Origin: Candidatus Oxydemutatoraceae bacterium
GTDB lineage: Bacteria > Pseudomonadota > Gammaproteobacteria > Poriferisulfidales > Oxydemutatoraceae
Reading direction: 5' to 3'
DNA length: 64,000 nucleotides
NCBI GenBank assembly: GCA_965219575.1
Contig: OZ244779.1
Location: forward strand, 1,932,769 to 1,996,768
Positions 53,111 to 61,100 of the stretch are shown here, one piece after another. The translations under genes and the position numbers were made by a program. Position 1 is the stretch's first letter. Each line of letters opens with the position of its first letter. The notes beneath the pieces are model-generated. The model was not told where the DNA came from. It searched no databases and saw only the letters and a program-made list of their open reading frames with translations.

Positions 53111-54247
53111 ATGGAAACAAAAAAGATTATGTTTGTTGCCGGCGAGGCATCGGGTGATAAGCACGCCGCAAAACTTATCGCACAACTGCGGCAATCGCAA
53201 CAAATAGAATGTTACGGTATGGGTATGCAAAAAATGAAGCATGCGGGGATGCGATTGTTGGTCGACGCACAAGCTCTGGCGGTCATCGGCATCGTCGAAA
53301 TTTTAAGGCATTACCCGGCACTACGGCGCGCTTTCACAACGCTCAAGCAATCGCTGGTAAACGACCCGCCCGATTTATTGGTGCTGGTGGATTATCCCGA
53401 GTTCAATCTAAAACTGGCGCGCATCGCAGCGCAACACAACATTAAGGTGTTGTATTACATCAGTCCTCAGTTATGGGCATGGCGGCAATATCGCATCAAA
53501 AAAATCAAACGCGATATAGACCATGTTGCAGTGATATTTCCTTTTGAAGAAGATTTTTATAAGCGGCATGCAGTATCGGTAAGTTATGTGGGGCACCCGT
53601 TGATTGAGGATTTAGAAGAATGGGAGCGTAGCAACCCTCAAGCGATAAACGATAGAGACCAAAATAAAACCGTACTGCTACTGCCCGGCAGTAGAAAAAG
53701 CGAGATTAAACGCTTACTTCCTTTGATGGTCGAAGCGGCGGTATTGATACGGCAACACTTAGATACAAAGATTCGTTTTCGTCTGCTTGCGGCTCCCGAC
53801 ATAGATGCCGATTTATATCAAAGCTATTTGGATCGTTCCGATTTTGATTGTCGCCTAAGCGACCGGCATGTCTATACCGAGATGAAAAATGCAGATCTTG
53901 CGATCAGTGCGACCGGCACCGCAACCCTACAGCTTGCGTTGTGCGGCACGCCGCTCATAGCAACACATAAATTAATGCCGTTGAGCTATTGGATATTGAG
54001 GTGGTTTATCAAAATACGCTATGCGAGCATGCCGAACATCATCGCCGACAGTCCGCTCGTGCCGGAATATCTACAAAACGATGCGACACCCGAAAAGCTA
54101 TCGGCACACGCTTGCAAACTACTCGGCGATGCAACGCGCAGAGAAACGATGTCGCAAAACCTGTTCGCACTACGTGAAAAATTCGGAACCGCATCGGCAT
54201 CTAAAACGACTGCCGGATTGATTCATGATCTGATACGCCAAAAATGA
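53111..54247 (+). CDS. lpxB: Lipid-A-disaccharide synthase
   Basis: AGEASGD, DYPEFN, YYISPQLWAWR, LLPGSR.SE. Confidence 0.97.
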   Translation: METKKIMFVAGEASGDKHAAKLIAQLRQSQQIECYGMGMQKMKHAGMRLLVDAQALAVIGIVEILRHYPALRRAFTTLKQSLVNDPPDLLVLVDYPEFNLKLARIAAQHNIKVLYYISPQLWAWRQYRIKKIKRDIDHVAVIFPFEEDFYKRHAVSVSYVGHPLIEDLEEWERSNPQAINDRDQNKTVLLLPGSRKSEIKRLLPLMVEAAVLIRQHLDTKIRFRLLAAPDIDADLYQSYLDRSDFDCRLSDRHVYTEMKNADLAISATGTATLQLALCGTPLIATHKLMPLSYWILRWFIKIRYASMPNIIADSPLVPEYLQNDATPEKLSAHACKLLGDATRRETMSQNLFALREKFGTASASKTTAGLIHDLIRQK

Positions 54248-54252
54248 GAAAT

Positions 54253-54410
54253 GAGGCTGTTGAAAAAGTATCCACGAACCGTATGGGCGGACTTCATTAA
54301 ATTGCCGATTGATCGGGCGGACATGTTAGTCCGCCCCTACAGGTGGTTTGCGTAATTGGGTGGCGCAAGCGGTTGGATTTTTGCGATGCCAATACATTTT
54401 CAATAACCCC
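54253..54410. mobile_element. MITE with REP palindromes, copy F
   Basis: GAGGCTGTTGAAAAAGTATC...GGGCGGACATGTTAGTCCGCCCCTAC...ATACATTTTCAATAACCCC. Confidence 0.85.
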
Positions 54411-54422
54411 CAATAAATCGAC

Positions 54423-55529
54423 TTAACCGGCTTCGGCATCGCCTCGGGCAATGTGCAGGGTTTGGGTCGGGAATGCGATCTCGGCACCTTGTGCTTCGAT
54501 GATTTGGCTTACTTTGAGCAACGTATCCTGTTTAATTATTTGATAAGATGCCAAATCTTTGTGCTGGGTGAACGCATAAATTTTGATATTGACCGAAGAG
54601 TCGGCAAACTCGTTTAGGCTGACGACCAAGCCCTCCTCCTCGTCTATATCGGCGTGTTCGATCAGCATCTCTTCGATTTGCTTAACAATCGTAGGTATCT
54701 TGGCAATATCGCCGTAGCGCACGCCCACCACTTCATTGATGCGTCGGTGCGACATGCGCGAAGGATTTTCCAAAACTATGCTGGTGAACATAGAGTTAGG
54801 CACATAGAGCGGACATCTATCAAAGGTTCTGATTTGCGTCAACCGCCACCCAATGTTGACTACGGTACCTTCTATATCGCGATCCGATGAACGTATCCAG
54901 TCGCCTTCCTGAAAAGGGCGATCTAAATAAATCATCAGCCCACCGAAAAAGTTTGCCAACAGGTCTTTAGCGGCGAGACCGACGATCAGTCCGCCGACAC
55001 CGCCGAATGCCAAAACACCGGATAAGTTGTAACCCATAGTCTGCATCGTCAACAGCACTGCGGTAATAATCACCGAAATACGCAATAGTTTGTTGATTGC
55101 TCGACTGCTGGCAGCATCCAAGAACTTACCCTCATAGTCGGCTTTCCGCCCGACGATATGACGATCTATACCTTTTAGGAGCCTTATCGCAAACCATGCC
55201 AAAGCATAGATAATAAATAATGTGCTGACCTTGGATGCCAAATCAATATCGGATAAGACCTTCCAAACAGCCTCCGCTATATAGCTGATGCCGACCACCC
55301 AAATCAGTAATCTAATCGGTGGTTTGATGCTGTTCAGTATGATTTCATCCCACACCATCTTTGTCGTGTCGGCTTTTTTGACCAATGCCGTCATAAACAG
55401 GTTGACCAACCAGTTAAATAAAAGAAGAGCAAAAACAAAAATGAATACGACGATTATCAGCCATATCTGTGCACTGATCCCGGGAAGTAGTTCGTGCAAA
55501 TCGCCTACAAGCGTATTGATGTTTATCAT
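54423..55529 (-). CDS. MscS-family mechanosensitive channel (YnaI-like)
   Basis: GGVGGL.VGLAAKDLLANFFGG, DRPF..GDWIRS, IGWR.T.IRTFD, IAFPT. Confidence 0.93.
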   Translation of the reverse strand: MININTLVGDLHELLPGISAQIWLIIVVFIFVFALLLFNWLVNLFMTALVKKADTTKMVWDEIILNSIKPPIRLLIWVVGISYIAEAVWKVLSDIDLASKVSTLFIIYALAWFAIRLLKGIDRHIVGRKADYEGKFLDAASSRAINKLLRISVIITAVLLTMQTMGYNLSGVLAFGGVGGLIVGLAAKDLLANFFGGLMIYLDRPFQEGDWIRSSDRDIEGTVVNIGWRLTQIRTFDRCPLYVPNSMFTSIVLENPSRMSHRRINEVVGVRYGDIAKIPTIVKQIEEMLIEHADIDEEEGLVVSLNEFADSSVNIKIYAFTQHKDLASYQIIKQDTLLKVSQIIEAQGAEIAFPTQTLHIARGDAEAG

Positions 55530-56587
55530 GATCGGGGGTTTTTATCCGCTCGGTTATTCAAGTCATTAAGCGTGGCAACCGCATTCTCGTAGGCTTTGGA
55601 ATCTCTAGGTATTCTATTGTGTATATGCGTATCTATCACGCCCAAATGCTCCGAGGATAAGCGGTTGTAGTGATTTATCTCGTCTTTGCTGAAGTCCGAT
55701 ATAAGTTGCTGCAATTCCGATACCCGGCGTCGACAAATCAATAATAAGTCGCATCCTGCATTCATCGCTTTTTTAAGCACGGCACTGTCGGCATTGCCAC
55801 TGCCGACCATATCCAAATCGTCGGTGCATACCATCCCGTCAAAACCCAGTTGCTCGCGTAACACGACCTTAATCCAATGCTCGGATAAACTCGCCGGCGT
55901 ATCGCAGACGGCTTCGTAGACGATATGCGATAGCATGATGCAATCCAGATATTTCTTTTTAACCATGTCGGCAAAAGGATACAGGTCGTGCGCCTCTATC
56001 TCGGACCGGGTCCTAGGATCACGAATTATATCGGTATGCGTGTCGCCGGGCACCGAACCGTGCCCGGGAAAATGCTTACCGCAAGCAGGCAAACTGCTAT
56101 TGTGCAGGCCGGTGACTACCGCCTTGCTAAGTTCTGTCACCGCTTCGGGGTCACTATGGAACGCACGCCCACCGATTACGCCGTCAAAATGCGCAATGTC
56201 CATTACCGGAAGATAACTCAAATCCACATTGATCTCGCGCATCTCGGAACCCACAATCACACCGTAAGCATAAGCTGCGTTTAATGCCGCAGCTTGATCT
56301 TCATCGTAATATCGCCCTATCTCTATCGGCATCGGCAGTCCGGTAAAACCTTTCTCAAATCGCTGCACCATGCGACATTCGTGGTCTACCGACACGATAA
56401 AACCCGGTTTGATGTTATGCAATGCTTCTATCAATTCGGTAATTTGCGATTTATCGTGATAGTTATGCCTAAACAAAATCACCCCGGCAACCGCCGGATG
56501 CTTCAAAAACTTTCGCTCCGCCGTTGATATCTCGACTCCGCCGATACCGACGATTAAAAAACCTGTTCTTTCTATAATACTATTCAT
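55526..56587 (-). CDS. nagZ: Beta-N-acetylhexosaminidase (GH3)
   Basis: GVILF, IGGRAFH, KHFPGHG...DTH, TDDL.M, AGCDLLLIC. Confidence 0.92.
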   Translation of the reverse strand: MNSIIERTGFLIVGIGGVEISTAERKFLKHPAVAGVILFRHNYHDKSQITELIEALHNIKPGFIVSVDHECRMVQRFEKGFTGLPMPIEIGRYYDEDQAAALNAAYAYGVIVGSEMREINVDLSYLPVMDIAHFDGVIGGRAFHSDPEAVTELSKAVVTGLHNSSLPACGKHFPGHGSVPGDTHTDIIRDPRTRSEIEAHDLYPFADMVKKKYLDCIMLSHIVYEAVCDTPASLSEHWIKVVLREQLGFDGMVCTDDLDMVGSGNADSAVLKKAMNAGCDLLLICRRRVSELQQLISDFSKDEINHYNRLSSEHLGVIDTHIHNRIPRDSKAYENAVATLNDLNNRADKNPRS

Positions 56588-57353
56588 AATATTCCTCTAT
56601 CAGTGCCATCATTCCCTCAAAGTTCAGCGTAGGAACGACGGATAAGTATTTGAGCGATGCGCCGGTTGCATAATTCCCGTTTGTTTGATCCGGCAAACAA
56701 ACACCACCGCCGGTTGCCAGCACCGGAATATTGCGAGTGAATTGCCTCTGCATTTCTCGCACGATGTGGGATATAGATGCCGTCAGTGTAAGCCTACACC
56801 CCGAAGCGATTGCGTCCTCGGTATTCGTCGCCGGAACACCAAGCAATCTATCCGTATCGTCAAAATAATTCAACTGCGCCGTACCTTCAGACAAACTAGA
56901 ACGCATCAAAACATCACTCGGTAAAATCACGCCGCCTTTATGCACCCCCTCGTCGTTTATCAAATCGATAGTCACCGCCGTTCCGAAATCCACCACGATA
57001 CATGCTTGCCTCAACCGCCGCCAAGCAGCAACCATTCCTGCCACGCGGTCAATGCCCAGTTGTGTTGCCTCGTAATCGCTCCTCAAGCCGCATACCGGCA
57101 TTTTTTTATCGAGCAAAATCGGGGTATGCCCAAAATACTGCGCAACCGCGTCGGCAACGGAACTATTGATGCTACGGCTTGCAACGCTAATCATATAAGC
57201 GACTTCGGGTGCCGCCGTTCCACATCTCTGCACAACATCGGACATCTCGCCCAAATCGTTCAAAGCCAATGCACCGCACAATTTAATGCGGTTATCCTCA
57301 ACGCAGGCGTATTTACAACGGCTGTTGCCTACATCTATCAATAATTCCATCAT
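56580..57353 (-). CDS. coaX: Type III pantothenate kinase
   Basis: LLIDVGNSR.K, LGIDR, VVDFGTAVTID, GG.I.P. Confidence 0.93.
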   Translation of the reverse strand: MMELLIDVGNSRCKYACVEDNRIKLCGALALNDLGEMSDVVQRCGTAAPEVAYMISVASRSINSSVADAVAQYFGHTPILLDKKMPVCGLRSDYEATQLGIDRVAGMVAAWRRLRQACIVVDFGTAVTIDLINDEGVHKGGVILPSDVLMRSSLSEGTAQLNYFDDTDRLLGVPATNTEDAIASGCRLTLTASISHIVREMQRQFTRNIPVLATGGGVCLPDQTNGNYATGASLKYLSVVPTLNFEGMMALIEEYYE

Positions 57354-58104
57354 TGCAAACGCTAATCTCCCCGTAATCATACGCATCTATCTGCCCGTCG
57401 CTATTGACGAGTAAATGCGCTTTTTTATCTACACCTAGTGCAACCCCGAGCGTTTTAGTCACTCGGTCGTCTATTTCGACGCTACGATTATACAATATAT
57501 CGAACGTCGCAAAACGCCGCTTGCGCTCGGCGATGTCAATCCGCTCATCGATTGCCAACGCCACATCGACCACCGAAGCGACCAAATCGGCATAAGCCGG
57601 CACGACGATGCCGGTTTGCTCCAAACCGATCCAATTGACATCGGTTTTCTTCGCCACATCCAAAGGTGTCGCAATATTCAAACCGATGCCTATCACCGCA
57701 GCGTTGCCGCGATACTCAAGCAGTATGCCTGCCAATTTCGCACCCTTATAATACAAATCATTCGGCCATTTAACACCAATCTCGGAAACTCCCAAGGCAT
57801 GCAACATCTCGGCTAAACGCACCGCAGTCATTAAAAGTAACCAACCGTCGTTTGTCATGCCGGGATTTGCCTGCCATGATACCGACAAATAGACACCGTT
57901 ATGGTCGGAACTCCAGCCCTTGGCACGGCGACCTCGTCCGGCATACTGCCGAGCGGCAACGCATAAATTAAATCGGGCTTTAGGCGGTAGCTTGCGAGAC
58001 AACAAATAATCGTTGGTGGATGAACATACATCCAATATGCAAACAGCCGATAGTCGTGATACCGATGAACGCTTGAGCGCATGAATGATATCCAAACTAA
58101 ACAT
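57313..58104 (-). CDS. birA: Biotin--protein ligase lacking the N-terminal HTH
   Basis: SSTND, Q.AGRGRR...W, KWPNDL, KLAGILLE, IGIGLN. Confidence 0.93.
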   Translation of the reverse strand: MFSLDIIHALKRSSVSRLSAVCILDVCSSTNDYLLSRKLPPKARFNLCVAARQYAGRGRRAKGWSSDHNGVYLSVSWQANPGMTNDGWLLLMTAVRLAEMLHALGVSEIGVKWPNDLYYKGAKLAGILLEYRGNAAVIGIGLNIATPLDVAKKTDVNWIGLEQTGIVVPAYADLVASVVDVALAIDERIDIAERKRRFATFDILYNRSVEIDDRVTKTLGVALGVDKKAHLLVNSDGQIDAYDYGEISVCNDGIIDRCRQQPL

Positions 58105-58135
58105 TGTTCGTTATTATCGCATAGAATTGCGATTA

Positions 58136-61100
58136 CTATTGGAGGAGGCCTTCTAAAAATATTCTGACATGTATCCCAATGGTGAAAATCAATGGAGTAT
58201 AAATCTGTCCTTGTGAATAAACCGCCTCGCTATAACCTTGTCCGTCAATATAGCTTGCTTCCGTACGAAACCTGTTATCTCTTGCTAAAAAGGGAGAACT
58301 CGACATTACTAGATACGGTGTTCCAGTCGCTGCGGCGATGTCGTTCCAGTTCGCTTCCACAGAGCAATCTGCATTCGCTATGCAGACTTGCCATTGATAC
58401 ATCATAGCCCCACCGGGGTTGCCGTCGGGATCGCCGGACAATATCGTCGCCGTGAGTGTCGTCGCATCGCTTCCTACTTCTATCGAGGCACCTATAGTCG
58501 CAGAACCATTATTTACCTTATTCACCACCATCAAGGTCATACCTATCGTAGCGGTCGTCCCGTCGCTTACCACGACTTCTATGTTTACCGTCGTGTTGCT
58601 AGATGCCGCATCTACAAAGTTGGGGGGGACAACCCATGTTGCCGTGCTTTCATTCACATCGTTTAATATGCCGGTATTTATGCTCCAGCTATATGTCAAG
58701 TCGTCGTAGTTCGCATCGCTCGCAGTCACACCGGCATCAATATTTTGTGTATCGGCTGTCTCGTCTATCGTCTGCGTATCGGTGATACTTTCAATCACCG
58801 GGCTTTGGTTTGCAACCGTATATACATTGGATTGCGTCGTCACCGATTGGCCGATATTATCTACAACCGTTGCCTCTAGCCTATAACTCGTAGCAGCGGT
58901 TCGTGACGCTTTGGTATCGGGTATGGAATATTCATTCTCGGTTGCCCCGTCTATCAAGTTGTCGTTCATAAACCAGCGATAACTCGTGGTCGCAATACCG
59001 TTGGCATCGGCTACTAAACCGCTCGCACGTAGTAGCCATTTATTATCGTTATCCGCTGCGATGCGCAGCGCAGTCGGTGGCGCATCTATCAGTAGTGTGA
59101 ATGTGGCTTGCGTACTACCACCGCTGCCGTCATCGACCGACACGGTCACGATCGAGCCTGTTGTGTTTTGGCTGGCATTTGCATCGGTCGGCATGAATGT
59201 CCATATACCGGTCGCGGTGCTGAAGTTGTCAATCAAGCGACTACTCGGTTCTATTGCAATACTGTATGTCAATGCATCACCGTCGGCGTCTTCAAAAAAG
59301 TCACCGGTCTTTAGCTCGAATGGCTCTCCCACCGTTGCTATGATTCGCTCCGGCACCCGACCCGATACCAACTGCGGTGGTGTATTGACCTGCACCACAA
59401 TTTCTGTATTAGTACTTGCTCCTTTACGATCGGTTGCAGTGAATATAATCGTCGCCATACCTGCTTTATCACCGCCGAGCGTGAAGGTCATACGCGTATC
59501 CGCCGTTATATTGTCGGTGCGCCCCGGCACCACCGATACGATAGTCCGGCTTGACGACATCGCCACCAATGTGACAATATCGCCCAAATCAAAATTAGAG
59601 TCCGACAACAAAACGACTACATGTACGGTACTGCTCGGTTCTATCGCTTGCTCCGGTGAAGCGACAATTTCAAGCACCGGGACTTTGTTTGCTTCTACTT
59701 CTACCTCAAATTGTCTTGAGACCTCCGAGTTCGCTACACCTTTGCCGTCGTTTGCCGTCACCGTAATCATCGCAGTACCTACACCCACACCGATAATCTC
59801 AATCGTTCGGGTATCACCGTCGGTGGCAACAATCGTTGCAGCTGCAATCGTGCTATCGTCGGAGTCGATTTCTACACTCGGTTCATCTCCATCCACATCA
59901 CTTACTACTACGTTTAATGTGGTGCTATCACCTTCCAACAATGTGATCGATGGAGGAAAAGTAGTAGTAATCGTCGGTGTCGTGTTTGGTATTTCCCTCT
60001 GCCCGGGTAATAAGCTACCACAATCAGGTAATGGGGTGCCCGGATCCGCATCGCAGGCAGGGTTGCCGATATTATCACCCAGAGCGTATTTAACCGCCGG
60101 GTATTGTTCGTCGGTGCCGAAATCCCATGCCTCGAGACTCCAACTACTATATATCCCGGTTGCCGTCGTCGGTGATTTGAGTGCCTCGGCGGTTTGTGTT
60201 ACCTGTATAGGAACCCCGGTACCTCGATTTCCTATCGCATAGCTATTCGTGATGGTGCCTGAATCTGTATTTATACCGACCAAACCCCCTACTTTATCGT
60301 TCCCGTTAACATTTCCCATCGCATAGCTATTCGTGATGGTGCCTGAATCTTCATTTATGCCGACTAAACCCCCTATTTCATCGTTCCCGCTAACATTTCC
60401 CGTCGCATAGCTATTCGTGATAGTGCCTAAATTTGTATTTATACCGACTAATCCCCCTACTTCATCGTTACCGCTAACATTTCCCGTCGCATAGCTATTC
60501 GTGATAGTGCCTAAATTTGTATTTATACCGACTAATCCCCCTGTACCGTAAGAAGTAGACCCTATAAAATTTACCGTCGCATAGCTATGTATGATGGCAC
60601 CATGATTCCGACCAACTAGACCACCTAAATTCAACAGACCTCCTGTAACATCTCCTGTTGCATGGCTGTTTGTTATGATGCCTCGATTCCAACCGACTAA
60701 ACCACCTACTATCCCTTGTCCTTCAATGTCTATGTTTAGCAAACCTAGATTAGTAATTTCAGCCTCGGATTCGGTAATACCGAACAAGCCTACTCCATTC
60801 AAGCGATTTTTGTTGATCATCAGATTGGAGATGGTGTAGCCGTTGCCCTCAAATGTTGCAGCAAAAGAAGCAACAGAAGAATTCCCAATCGGTTGCCAGC
60901 CGCTGCCGGCCGTCCAGGCCATTTTATTGGCTATTGTGCGGTAGCTATCGTTATCCATGAAATCCAAGCTCCGTGTTAGTTCGAAACCTCGGCATCCATC
61001 GAGAGGACAACCTGTCATTATTACCGTAGCATTTTCACTCGTCTTATAAGCTGTGCCATCCAAAACATGGCGCATTTCATCAACGCCTTCTAAGTCGCAG

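Noticed and set aside
58986-60242. 418-aa ORF on the plus strand
   Set aside because: Antisense shadow of the Thr/Val/Asp-rich Ig region of the GLUG gene; no motifs of its own
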